From Eledone cirrhosa (Eukaryota): 64,000 nt of DNA. Where the stretch lies: the NCBI GenBank assembly GCA_964016885.1, contig OZ024740.1, positions 7,254,001 through 7,318,000 of the forward strand, read 5' to 3'. A program made the translations under genes and the position numbers. Below, piece after piece: positions 29,317 to 43,800 of the stretch. The notes beneath the pieces are model-generated. The model was given only the letters and a program-made list of their open reading frames with translations. It made no database searches and was not told the origin of the DNA. Position 1 is the stretch's first letter. Each line of letters opens with the position of its first letter.

Positions 29317-32300
29317 GTATTGGTATATCAGTTTCGATTGGTATGTCAGGTTCGATTGGTATATCAGTTTCGATTGGTATGTCACTTTCGATTGGTATAT
29401 CAGTTTCGATTAGTATGTCAGTTTCTATAGTTATATTAGTTTTGATTGGTACATCAGTTTCGATTGGTATGTCAGTTTCGATTGGTAAATCAGTTTCAAT
29501 TGGTATGTCAGTTTCTATTGGTATATCACTTTCGACTGGTATATCAGTTTCGATTAGAATGTCAGTTTTGATTGGTATTTCAGTGTCCATTGGTATATCA
29601 GTTTGGATTGATATATCAGTTTTCGATTAGTATGTCATTTTCTATTGGTATGTCAGTTTCTATTGGTATATCAGTTCCTATTGGTATGTCAGTTTTGATT
29701 GGTATGTCAGTTTCTATTGGTATATCAGTTTTGATTGGTATATCAGTCTCGATTGGTATATCAGTTTCTATTGGTATATCAGTTTCGATTGGTATGTCAG
29801 GTTCTATTGGTATATCAGTTTCAATTGGTATGTCAGTTTCTATTGGTATATGAGTTTCTATTGGTATGTCAGTTTCTATTGGTATATCAGTTTCAATTGG
29901 TATGTTAGTTTCTATTGGTAAGTCAGCTTCGATTAGTATGTCAGTTTCTATAGGTATGTCAGTTTCGATTGGTATGTCAGTTTCTATTGGTATATCAGTT
30001 CCTATTGGTATGTCAGTTTCGATTGGTATGTCAATTTCGATTGGTATATCAGTTTTGATTAGTATGTCAGTTTCTATTGGTATATCAGTTTCTATTGGTA
30101 TATCAGTTTCACTTGGTATGTTAGTTTCTATTGGTAAGTCAGCTTCGATTAGTATGTCAGTTTCGATTGGTATGTCAGTTTCTGTTGGTATATCATTTTC
30201 GATTGGTATGTCAGTTTCTATTGGTATGTCAGTGTCGATTATTATATCAGTAACTATTGGTATGTCAGTTTCGATTGGTATGTCAGTTTCGATTAGTATA
30301 TCAGTTTCTATTGGTATGTCAGTTTCTATTGATATACCAGTTTGGATTGGTATATCAGATTCGATTGGTATGTCAGTTTCGATTGGTATGTCAGTTTCGA
30401 TTGGTATATAAGTTTCTATTGGTATATCATTTTCCATAGGTATGTCAGATTTGATTGGTATATCAGTTTCGATTGGTATATTAGTTTTGATTGGTACATC
30501 AGTTTCTATTGGTATGTCAGTTTTGATTACTATATCAGTTACTATTGGAATGTCAGTTTCGATTGGTATGTCAATTTCGATTGGTATATCAGATTCGATT
30601 GGTATGTCAGTTTCGATTGGTATATCAGTTTCTATTGGTATGTCAGTTTCTATTGGTATATCAGTTTCGATTTGTATGTCAGTTTCTATTGGTATGTCAG
30701 TCTCGATAGGTATGTCAGTTACTATTGGTATATCAGTTTCGATTGGTATGTCATTTTCGATAGGTATGTCAGTTTCTATGGGTATATCAGTTTCGATTGG
30801 TATGTCAGATTTGATTGGAATATCAGTTTCTATTGGTATATCAGTTTCGATTGGTATGTCAGTTTCTATTGGTATGTCAGTTTCGATTAGTATATCAGTT
30901 TCTATTGGTATGTCTGTTTCTATTGGTATATCAGTGTTGATTGGTATATCAGTTTCGATTGGTATGTCAGTTTCGATTGGTATATCAGTTTCGATTGGTA
31001 TATCAGTTTCAATTAGTATGTAAGTTTCTATTGTTATATCAGTTTCGATTGGTATGTCACTTTCGATTAGTATGTCAATTTCTATTGGTATGTCAGTTTG
31101 TATTGGTATATCAGTTTCGATTGGTATGGCAGTTTCGATTGGTATGTCAGGTTCGATTGGTATATCAGTTTCGATTGGTATAGAAGTTTGTATTGGTATA
31201 TCAGTTTGTATTGGTATATCAGTTTCGATTGGTATGTCAGGTTCGATTGGTATATCAGTTTCGATTGGTATGTCACTTTCGATTGGTATATCAGTTTCGA
31301 TTAGTATGTCAGTTTCTATAGTTATATTAGTTTTGATTGGTACATCAGTTTCGATTGGTATGTCAGTTTCGATTGGTATGTCAGTTTCTATTGGTATATC
31401 ACTTTCGACTGGTATATCAGTTTCGATTAGAATGTCAGTTTTGATTGGTATTTCAGTGTCCATTGGTATATCAGTTTGGATTGATATATCAGTTTTCGAT
31501 TAGTATGTCATTTTCTATTGGTATGTCAGTTTCTATTGGTATATCAGTTCCTATTGGTATGTCAGTTTTGATTGGTATGTCAGTTTCTATTGGTATATCA
31601 GTTTTGATTGGTATATCAGTCTCGATTGGTATATCAGTTTCTATTGGTATATCAGTTTCGATTGGTATGTCAGGTTCTATTGGTATATCAGTTTCAATTG
31701 GTATGTCAGTTTCTATTGGTGTATGAGTTTCTATTGGTATGTCAGTTTCTATTGGTATATCCTTTCAATTGGTATGTTAGTTTCTATTGGTAAGTCAGCT
31801 TCGATTAGTATGTCAGTTTCTATAGGTATGTCAGTTTCGATTGGTATGTCAGTTTCTATTGGTATATCAGTTCCTATTGGTATGTCAGTTTCGATTGGTA
31901 TGTCAATTTCGATTGGTATATCAGTTTTGATTAGTATGTCAGTTTCTATTGGTATATCAGTTTCTATTGGTATATCAGTTTCGATTGGTATATCAGTCTC
32001 GATTGATATATCAGTTTCTATTGGTATATCAGTTTCGATTGGTATATCAGTTTCGATTAGTATGTCAGTTTCTATAGGTATGTCAATTTCGATAGGTATA
32101 TCAGTTTCCATTGGTATGTCAGTTTCGATTAGTATATCAGTTTCTATTGGTATGTCAGTTTCTATTGGTATATCAGTTTCAATTGATATATAAGTTTCGA
32201 TTAGTATGTCAGTTTCTATTGGTATGTCAGTTTCGAATAGTATATCAGTTTCTATTGGTATGTCAGTTTCGATTGGTATGTCAGTTTCTATTGGTATATC

Positions 32301-35300
32301 AGTTTCGATTGGTATATCAGTTTCGATTGGTATATCAGTTTCTATTGGTATATCAGTTTCTCTTGGTATGTCAGTTTTGATTGGTATATCAGTTTCGATT
32401 CGTATGTCACTTTCGATTGGTATATCAGTTTCGATTGATATATCAGTTTTCGACTAGTATGTCAGTTTCTATTGGTATGTCAGTTTCGATTAGTATATCA
32501 GTTTATATTGGTATATCAGTTTTGATTGGTATATCAGTCTCGATTGGTATATCAGTTTATATTGGTATATCAGTTTCGATTGGTATGTCAGTTGTCTATT
32601 GATATATCAGTTTCTATTGGTATGTCAGTTTCGATTAGTATATCAGTTTCTATTGGTATGTCAGTTTCGATTGGTATATTAGTTTCGAATGGTATATCAA
32701 TTTCTATTGGTATATCAGTTTCGATTTGTATGTCAGTTTCGATTGGTATATAAGTTTCAATTGGTATATCATTTTCCATTGGTATGTCAGATTTGATTGG
32801 AATGTCAGTTTCTATTGGTATATCAGTTTCGATTGGTAGGTCAGTTTCTATTGGTATGTCAGTTTCGATTAGTATATCAGTTTCTATTGGTATGTCTGTT
32901 TCTATTGGTACATTAGTTTTGATTTTTATATCAGTTTCGATTGGTATGTCAGTTTCTATTGGTATGTCAGTTTTGATTGGTATATCAGTTTCAATTAGTA
33001 TGTCAGTTTCTATTGGTATATCAGTTTCGATTGGTATGTCAGTTTCGATTAGTATGTCAATTTCTATTGGTATGTCAGTTTGTATTGGTATATCAGTTTC
33101 GATTGGTATGTCAGTTTCGATTGGTATGACAGGTTCGATTGGTATATCAGTTTCGATTGGTATAGAAGTTTCTATTGGTATGTCAGTTTCGATTGGTATA
33201 TCAGTTTCGATTGGTATGTCACTTTCGATTGGTATATCAGTTTCGATTAGTATGTCAGTTTCTATTGTTATATTAGTTTTGATTGGTACATCAGTTTCGA
33301 TTGGTATGTCAGTTTCGATTGGTATATCAGTTTCGATTGGTATGTCAGTTTCTATTGGTATATCAGCTTCGATTGGTATATCAGTTTCGATTGGTATGTC
33401 AGTCTCTATTGGTATGTCAGTTTTGATTATCATATCAGTTACCATTGGTATGTCAGTTTTGATTGGTATGTCAGTTTCGATTGGTATATCACTTTCGACT
33501 GGTATATAAGTTTCGATTAGAATGTCAGTTTCGATTGGTATTTCAGTGTCCATTGGTATATCAGTTTGGATTGATATATCAGTTTTCGATTAGTATGTCA
33601 GTTTCTATTGGTATGTCAGTTTCTATTGGTATATCAGTTCCTATTGGTATGTCAGTTTTGATTGGTATGTCAGTTTCTATTGGTATATCAGTTTCTATTG
33701 GTATATCAGTTTCAATTGGTATGTCAGTTTCTATTGGTATATCAGTTTCAATTGGTATGTCAGTTTCTATTGGTAAGTCAGCTTCGATTAGTATGTCAGT
33801 TTCGATTGGTATGTCAGTTTCTGTTGGTATATCATTTTCGATTGGTATGTCAGTTTCTATTGGTATGTCAGTGTCGATTATTATATCAGTAACTATTGGT
33901 ATGTCAGTTTCGATTGGTATGTCAGTTTCGATTAGTATATCAGTTTCTATTGGTATGTCAGTTTCTATTGATATACCAGTTTGGATTGGTATATCAGATT
34001 CGATTGGTATGTCAGTTTCGATTGGAATGTCAGTTTCTATTGGTATATCAGTTTCAATTGGTAGGTCAGTTTCTATTGGTATGTCAGTTTCGATTAGTAT
34101 ATCAGTTTCTATTGGTATGTCAGTTTCGATTGGTATGTCAGTTTCTATTGGTATATCAGTTTTGATTGGTATATCAGTCTCGATTGGTATATCAGTTTAT
34201 ATTGGTATATCAGTTTCGATTGGTATGTCAGTTCCCTATTGGTATATCAGTTTCAATTGGTATATCAGTTTCTATTCTTATATCAGTTTCTATTGGGATA
34301 TGAGTTTCTATTGGAATATCAGTTTCTATTGGTATATCAGTTTCAATTGGTAGGTCAGTTTCTATTGGTATGTCAGTTTCGATTAGTATATCAGTTTCTA
34401 TTGGTATGTCAGTTTCAATTGGTATGTCAGTTTCTATTGGTAAGTCAGCTTCGATTAGTATATCAGTTTCTATTGGTATATCAGTTTCGATTGGTATATC
34501 AGTTTCGATTGGTATATCAGTTTCTATTGGTATATCAGTTTCGATTGGTATGTCAGTTTCGATTAGTTTATCAGTTTCGATTGGTATGTAAGTTTCTATT
34601 GGTATGTCAGTTTCGATTAGTATATTAGTTCCTATTGGTATGTCAGTTTCGATTGGTATGTCAGTTTCTATTGGTATATGAGTTTCAATTGGTATGTCAG
34701 TTTCGATTGGTATATGAGTTTCTATTGGTATGTCAGTTTCTATTGGTATATAAGTTTCTATTGGTATATCAGTTTCCATTGGTATGTCAGATTCGATTGG
34801 AATGTCAGTTTCTATTGGTATATCAGTTTCCATTGGTATGTCAGATTCGATTGGAATGTCAGTTTCTATTGGTATATCAGTTTCAATTGGTATGTTAGTT
34901 TCTATTGGTAAGTCAGCTTCAATTAGTATATCAGTTTCTATTGGTATGTCAGTTTGGATTGGTATATCAGTTTCAATTAGTATGTCAGTTTCTATTGGTA
35001 TATCAATTTCGATTGGTATGTCAGTTTCGATTAGTATGTCAATTTCTATTGGTATGTCAGTTTGTATTGGTATATCAGTTTCGACTGGTATGTCAGTTTC
35101 GATTGGTATGTCAGTTTCGATTGGTATATCAGTTTCGATTGGTATATCAGTTTCTATTGGTATATCAGTTTCGATTGGTATGTCAGTTTCAATTAGTTTA
35201 TAAGTTTCTATTGGTATGTCAGTTTCTATTGGTATGTCAGTGTCGATTATTATATCAGTTACTATTGGTATGTCAGTTTCGATCGTTATATCAATTTCGA

Positions 35301-38300
35301 TTGGTATCTCAGTTACGATTGGTATGTCAGTTTCGATTGGTATGTCAGTTTCGATTAGTATATCAGTTTCTATTGGTATGTCAGTTTCTCTTGGTATATC
35401 AGCTTCGATTGGTATATCAGTTTCGATTGGTATATCAGTTTCGATTTGTATATCAGCTTCGATTGGTACATCAGTTTCTATTGGTATGTCAGTTTTGATT
35501 ACTATATCAGTTACTATTGGAATGTCAGTTTCGATTGGTATGTCAATTTCGATTGGTATATCAGATTCGATTGGTATGTCAGTTTCTATTGGTATATCAG
35601 TTTCTATTGGTATGTCAGTTTTGATAGGTATGTCAGTTTCTATTGGTATATCAGTTTCGATTTGTATGTCAGTTTCTATTGGTATGTCAGTCTCGATAGG
35701 TATGTCAGTTTCTATTGGTATATCAGTTTCGATTGGTATGTCATTTTCGATAGGTATGTCAGTTTCTATTGGTATATCAGTTTCGATTGGTATGTCAGTT
35801 TCTATTGGTATATCAGTTTCGATTGGTATGTCAGGTTCGATTGGTATATCAGTTTCTATTGGAATGTCAGGTTCGATTGGTATATCAGTTTCGATTCGTA
35901 TGTCAATTTCGATTGGTATATCAGTTTCGATTAGTATTTCAGTTTCTAATGGTATATAAGTTTTGATTGGTACATCAGTTTCGATTGGTATGTCAGATTC
36001 GATTAGTATATCAGTTACTGTAGGTATGTCAGTTTCTATTGGTATATCACTTTCGACCGGTATATCAGTTCCGATTAGAATTTCAGTTTCTATTGGTATA
36101 TCAGTTTCAATTGGTAGGTCAGTTTCTATTGGTATGTCAGTTTCGATTAGTATATCAGTTTCTATTGGTATGTCAGTTTCAATTGGTATGTCAGTTTCTA
36201 TTGGTAAGTCAGCTTCGATTAGTATATCAGTTTCTATTGGTATATCAGTTTCGATTGGTATATCAGTTTCAATTAGTATGTCAGTTTCTATTGGTATATC
36301 AATTTCGATTGGTATGTCAGTTTCGATTAGTATGTCAATTTCTATTGGTATGTCAGTTTGTATTGGTATATCAGTTTCGATTGGTATTTCAGTTTCGATT
36401 GGTATGTCAGTTTCGATTGGTATATCAGTTTCGATTGGTATGTCAGTTTCTATTGGTATATCAGTTTCGATTGGTATATCAGTTTCAATTAGTATGTCAG
36501 TTTCTATTGGTATGTCAGTTTCGATTGGTATGTCAGTTTCGATTAGTATGTCAATTTCTATTGGTATGTCAGTTTGTATTAGTATATCAGTTTCGATTGG
36601 TATGTCAGTTTCGATTGGTATGTCAGGTTCGATTGGTATATCAGTTTCGATTGGTATAGAAGTTTCTATTGGTATGTCAGGTTCGATTGGTATATCAGTT
36701 TGTATTGGTATGTCAGTTTCGATTGGTATGTCAGGTTCGATTGGTATACCAGTTTCGATTGGTATGTCAATTTCGATTGGTATATCAGTTTCGATTAGTA
36801 TGTCAGTTTCTATTGTTATATTAGTTTTGATTGGTACATCAGTTTCGATTGGTATGTCAGTTTCGATTGGTATATCAGTTTCGATTGGTATGTCAGTTTC
36901 TATTGGTATATCAGCTTCGATTGGTATATCAGTTTCGATTGGTATGTCAGTTTCGATTGGTATGTCAGTCTCTATTGGTATGTCAGTTTCGATTATCATA
37001 TCAGTTACTATTGGTATGTCAGTTTTGATTGGTATGTCAGTTTCGATTGGTATGTCAGATTCGATTAGTATATCAGTTTCTATAGGTATGTCAGTTTCTA
37101 TTGGTATATCACTTTCGACTGGTATATCAGTTTCGATTAGAATGTTAGTTTCGATTGGTATTTCAGTGTCCATTGGTATATCAGTTTGGATTGATATATC
37201 AGTTTTCGATTAGTATGTCAGTTTCTATTGGTATGTCAGTTTCTATTGGTATATCAGTTTTGATTGGTATATCAGTATCGATTGGTATGTCAGTTTCTAT
37301 GGGTATATCAGTTTCAATTGGTATGTCAGTTTCTATGGGTATATCAGTTTCAATTGGTATGTCAGTTTCTATTGGTATGTCAGTTTCTATTGGTATATCT
37401 GTTTCGATTGGTATGTCAGTTTCTATGGGTATATCAGTTTCAATTGGTATGTCAGTTTCTATTGGTATATGAGTTTCTATTGGTATGTCAGTTTCTATTA
37501 GTATATCAGTTTCAATTGGTATGTTAGTTTCTATTGGTAAGTCAGCTTCGATTAGTATGTCAGTTTCGATTGGTATGTCAGTTTCTGTTGGTATATCATT
37601 TTCGATTGGTATGTCAGTTTCTATTGGTATGTCAGTGTCGATTATTATATCAGTAACTATTGGTATGTCAGTTTCGAATGGTATGTCAGTTTCGATTGGT
37701 ATCTCAGTTTCTATTGGTATGACAGGTTCGATTGGTATATCAGTTTCGATTGGTATATCAGTTTTGATTGGTATGTCAGTCTCGATTAGTATATCAGTTT
37801 CAAATAGTATGTCAGTTTCTATTGGTATATCAGTTTCGATTGGTATGTCAGTTTCGATTAGTATGTCAATTTATATTGGTATGTCAGTTTCAATTGGTAT
37901 ATCAGTTTCGATTGATATATCAGTTTCTATTGGTATGTCAGTTTCGATTGGTATGTCAGTTTCTATTGGTATATCAGTTTCGATTGGTATGTCAGTTTCT
38001 ATTGGTATATCAGTGTCGATTATTATATCAGTTTCTATTGGTATGTCAGTTTCGATTGTTATATCAATTTCGATTGGTATCTCAGTTACGATTGGTATGT
38101 CAGTTTCGATTGGTATGTCAATTTCGATTAGTATATCATTTTCTATTGGTATATCAGTTTCTCTTGGTATATCAGCTTCGATTGGTATATCAGTTTCGAT
38201 TGGTATATTAGTTTTGATTGGTATATCAGTTTCTATCGGTATGTCAGTTTTGATTATTATATCAGTTACTATTGGTATGTCAGTTTCGATTGGTATGTCA

Positions 38301-40840
38301 ATTTCGATTGGTATATCAGATTCGATTGGTATGTCAGTTTCTATTGGTATATCAGTTTCTATTGGTATGTCAGTTTCGATAGGTATGTCAGTTTCTATTG
38401 GTATATCAGTTTCGATTTGTATGTCAGTTTCTATTGGTATGTCAGTCTCGATAGGTATGTCAGTTTCTATTGGTATATCAGTTTCGATTGGTATGTCATT
38501 TTCGATAGGTATGTCAGTTTCTATTGGTATATCAGTTTCGATTGGTATGTCAGTTTCTATTGGTATATCAGTTTCGATTGGTATGTCAGGTTCGATTGGT
38601 ATATCAGTTTCTATTGGTATGTCAGGTTCGATTGGTATATCAGTTTCGATTGTTATGTCAATTTCGATTGGTATATCAGTTTCGATTAGTATGTCAGTTT
38701 CTATTGGTATATAAGTTTGATTTGTACATCAGTTTCGATTGGTATGTCAGTTTCGATTGGTATATCAGTTTCGATTGGTATGTCAGTTTCTATTGGTATA
38801 TCAGCTTCGATTGGTATATCAGTTTCGATTAGTATGTCAGTTTCCATTGGTATGTCAGTTTCGATTATTATATCAGTTTCTATTGGTATGTCAGTTTCGA
38901 TTGGTATGTCAGTTTCGATTGGTATATCAGTTTCGATTGGTATATCAGCTTCGATTGGTATGTCAGTTTCTATTGGTATATGAGTTTCTATTGGTATGTT
39001 AGTTTCTATTGGTAAGTCAGCTTCGATTAGTATGTCAGTTTCGATTGGTATGTCAGTTTCTGTTGGTATATCATTTTCGATTGGTGTGTCAGTTTCTATT
39101 GGTATGTCAGTGTGGATTATTATATCAGTAACTATTGGTATGTCAGTTTCGATTGGTACGTCAGTTTCGATTGGTATCTCAGTTTCTATTGGTATGACAG
39201 GTTCGATTGGTATGTCAGTTTCGATTGGTATATCAGTTTCGATTGGTATATCAGTTTCGATTGGTATGTCAGTTTCTATTGGTATATCGGTTTCGATTGG
39301 TATGTCATTTTCGATAGGTATGTGAGTTTCTATTGGTATATCAGTTTCGATTGGTATGTCAGTTCCGATTGGTATGTCAATCTCGATTGGTATGTCAGTT
39401 TCTATTGGTATATGAGTTTCGATTGGTATGTTAGTTTCTATTGGCAAGTCAGCTTCGATTAGTATGTCAGTTTCGATTGGTATGTCAGTTTCTGTTGGTA
39501 TATCATTTTCGATTGGTATGTCAGTTTCGATTGGTATGTCAGTTTCGATTGGTATCTCAGTTTCTATTGGTATGACAGGTTCGATTGGTATATCAGTTTC
39601 GATCGGTATCTCAGTTTCGATTGGTATGTCAGTTTCGATTGGTATGTCAGTTTCTAATGGTATATCAGTTTCGATTGGTATATCAGTTTCTATTAGTATG
39701 TCAACTTCGATAGGTATATCAGTTTCGATTGGTATGTCAGTGTCGATTATTATATCAGTAACTATTGGTATGTCAGTTTCGATCAGTATATCAGCTTCGA
39801 TTGGTATATCAGTTTCAATTAGTATGTCAGTTTCTGTTGGTATATCAGTTTCGATTGGTATGTCAGTTTCGATTAGTATGTCAATTTATATTGGTATGTC
39901 AGTTTCAATTGGTATATCAGTTTCGATTGTTATATCAGTTTCGATTGGTATGTCAGTTTCTATTGGTATGTCAGTTTCTATTGGTATATCAGTTTCGATT
40001 ATTATATCAGTTTCTATTGGTATATCAGTTTCGATTGGTATGTCAGTTTCTATTGGTATATGAGTTTCTATTGGTATGTCAGTTTCTATTGGTATGACAG
40101 GTTCGATTGGTATGTCAGTTTCGATTGGTATATCAGTTTCGATTGGTATATCAGTTTCGATTGGTATGTCAGTTTCTATTGGTATATCAGTTTCGATTGG
40201 TATGTCATTTTCGATAGGTATGTGAGTTTCTATTGGTATATCAGTTTCGATTGGTATGTCAGTTTCGATTGGTATGTCAATTTCGATTGGTATGTCAGTT
40301 TCGATTGCTATATCAGTTTCGATTGGTATATCAGTTTCGATTGGTATGTCAGTTTCTATTGGTATATCAGTTTCGATTTGTATGTCAGTTTCTATTGGTA
40401 TGTCAGTCTCGATAGGTATGTCAGTATCTATTGGTATGTCAGTTTCGATTGGTATGTCATTTTCGATAGGTATGTCAGTTTCTATTGGTATATCAGTTTC
40501 GATTGGTATGTCAGTTTCTATTGGTATATCAGCTTCGATTGGTATATCAGTTTCGATTAGTATGTCAGTTTCCATTGGTATGTCAGTTTCGATTAGTATA
40601 TCAGTTTCTATTGGTATGTCAGTTTCGATTGCTATGTCAGTTTCGATTGGTATATCAGTTTCGATTGGTATATCAGTTTCGATTAGTATGTCAGTTTCGA
40701 TTGGTATGTCAGTTTCTATTGGTATATCAGTTTCGATTGGTATGTCAGTTTCGATTGGTATATCAGTTGTGATTGCTATGTCAGTTTCTATTGGTATGTC
40801 AGTTTCGATTATCATATCAGTTACTATTGGTATGTAAGTT

Positions 40841-43800
40841 TTCAATCACTTCTATGTCCTAAATTCACACTATATCATATTTTCACCATTATATATCATA
40901 TCTTTTCTCTAAAAATCATATTTTCCCTATCACCGCATTTTCTCTATCGTAATTTCTTAAACAAAACAAATCTTGTATTTTCGTTTATTGTTAAATTATG
41001 CCCAATTTTTTCTCGATTCTTCTCTCCATTCGAACCCATTCATTCAATCACTTCTATGTCCTAAATTCACACTATATCATATTTTCACCATTATATATCA
41101 TATCTTTTCTCTAAAAATCATATTTTCCCTATCACCGCATTTTCTCTATCGTAATTTCTTAAACAAAACAAATCTTGTATTTTCGTTTATTGTTAAATTA
41201 TGCCCAATTTTTTCTCGATTCTTCTCTCCATTCGAACCCATTCATTCAATCACTTCTATGTCCTAAATTCACACTATATCATATTTTCACCATTATATAT
41301 CATATCTTTTCTCTAAAAATCATATTTTCCCTATCACCGCATTTTCTCTATCGTAATTTCTTAAACAAAACAAATCTTGTATTTTCGTTTATTGTTAAAT
41401 TATGCCCAATTTTTTCTCGATTCTTCTCCACATTCGAACCCATTCATTCAATCACTTCTATGTCCTAAATTCACACTATATCATATTTTCACCATTATAT
41501 ATCATATCTTTTCTCTAAAAATCATATTTTCCCTATCACCGCATTTTCTCTATCGTAATTTCTTAAACAAAACAAATCTTGTATTTTCGTTTATTGTTAA
41601 ATTATTCCCAATTTTTTCTCGATTCTTCTCTCCATTCGAACCCATTCATTCAATCACTTCTATGTCCTAAATTCACACTATATCATATTTTCACCATTAT
41701 ATATCATATCTTTTCTCTAAAAATCATATTTTCCCTATCACCGCATTTTCTCTATCGTAATTTCTTAAACAAAACAAATCTTGTATTTTCGTTTATTGTT
41801 AAATTATGCCCAATTTTTTCTCGATTCTTCTCTCCATTCGAACCCATTCATTCAATCACTTCTATGTCCTAAATTCACACTATATCATATTTTCACCATT
41901 ATATATCATATCTTTTCTCTAAAAATCATATTTTCCCTATCACCGCATTTTCTCTATCGTAATTTCTTAAACAAAACAAATCTTGTATTTTCGTTTATTG
42001 TTAAATTATGCCCAATTTTTTCTCGATTCTACTCTCCATTCGAACCCATTCATTCAATCACTTCTAGGTCCTAAATTCACACTATATCATATTTTCACCA
42101 ATATATATCATATCTTTTCTCTAAAAATCATATTTTCCCTATCACCGCATTTTCTCTATCGTAATTTCTTAAACAAAACAAATCTTGTATTTTCGTTTAT
42201 TGTTAAATTATGCCCAATTTTTTCTCGATTTTTCTCTCCATTCGAACCCATTCATTCAATCACTTCTATGTCCTAAATTCACACTATATCATATTTTCAC
42301 CATTATATATCATATCTTTTCTCTAAAAATCATATTTTCCCTATCACCGCATTTTCTCTATCGTAATTTCTTAAACAAAACAAATCTTGTATTTTCGTTT
42401 ATTGTTAAATTATGCCCAATTTTTTCTCGATTCTTCTCTCCATTCGAACCCATTCATTCAATCACTTCTATGTCCTAAATTCACACTATATCATATTTTC
42501 ACCATTATATATCATATCTTTTCTCTAAAAATCATATTTTCCCTATCACCGCATTTTCTCTATCGTAATTTCTTAAACAAAACAAATCTTGTATTTTCGT
42601 TTATTGTTAAATTATGCCCAATTTTTTCTCGATTCTTCTCTCCATTCGAACCCATTCATTCAATCACTTCTATGTCCTAAATTCACACTATATCATATTT
42701 TCACCATTATATATCATATCTTTTCTCTAAAAATCATATTTTCCCTATCACCGCATTTTCTCTATCGTAATTTCTTAAACAAAACAAATCTTGTATTTTC
42801 GTTTATTGTTAAATTATGCCCAATTTTTTCTCGATTCTTCTCTCCATTCGAACCCATTCATTCAATCACTTCTATGTCCTAAATTCACACTATATCATAT
42901 TTTCACCATTATATATCATATCTTTTCTCTAAAAATCATATTTTCCCTATCACCGCATTTTCTCTATCGTAATTTCTTAAACAAAACAAATCTTGTATTT
43001 TCGTTTATTGTTAAATTATGCCCAATTTTTTCTCGATTCTTCTCTCCATTCGAACCCATTCATTCAATCACTTCTATGTCCTAAATTCACACTATATCAT
43101 ATTTTCACCATTATATATCATATCTTTTCTCTAAAAATCATATTTTCCCTATCACCGCATTTTCTCTATCGTAATTTCTTAAACAAAACAAATCTTGTAT
43201 TTTCGTATATTGTTAAATTATGCCCAATTTTTTCTCGATTCTTCTCTCCATTCGAACCCATTCATTCAATCACTTCTATGTCCTAAATTCACACTATATC
43301 ATATTTTCACCATTATATATCATATCTTTTCTCTAAAAATCATATTTTCCCTATCACCGCATTTTCTCTATCGTAATTTCTTAAACAAAACAAATCTTGT
43401 ATTTTCGTTTATTGTTAAATTATGCCCAATTTTTTCTCGATTCTACTCTCCATTCGAACCCATTCATTCAATCACTTCTAGGTCCTAAATTCACACTATA
43501 TCATATTTTCACCATTATATATCATATCTTTTCTCTAAAAATCATATTTTCCCTATCACCGCATTTTCTCTATCGTAATTTCTTAAACAAAACAAATCTT
43601 GTATTTTCGTTTATTGTTAAATTATGCCCAATTTTTTCTCGATTCTTCTCTCCATTCGAACCCATTCATTCAATCACTTCTATGTCCTAAATTCACACTA
43701 TATCATATTTTCACCATTATATATCATATCTTTTCTCTAAAAATCATATTTTCTCTATCGTAATTTCTTAAACAAAACAAATCTTGTATTTTCGTTTATT

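Larger units (their letters stand above)
1..40842. repeat. 18-bp tandem satellite, consensus GGTATRTCAGTTTCKATT, about 2270 monomers, higher-order organised
   Basis: Continuous 18-bp periodicity seen directly. It translates as (SIGMSV)n and (IETDIP)n. The array ends at ...ggtatgtaagtttt (40842). Confidence 0.99.

Noticed and set aside
1-40842. Plus-strand ORFs (SIGMSV)n, (LVYQFR)n and (WYISFD)n as genes
   Set aside because: They follow automatically from an 18-bp period, are broken by stops and frameshifts, and have no unique domains.
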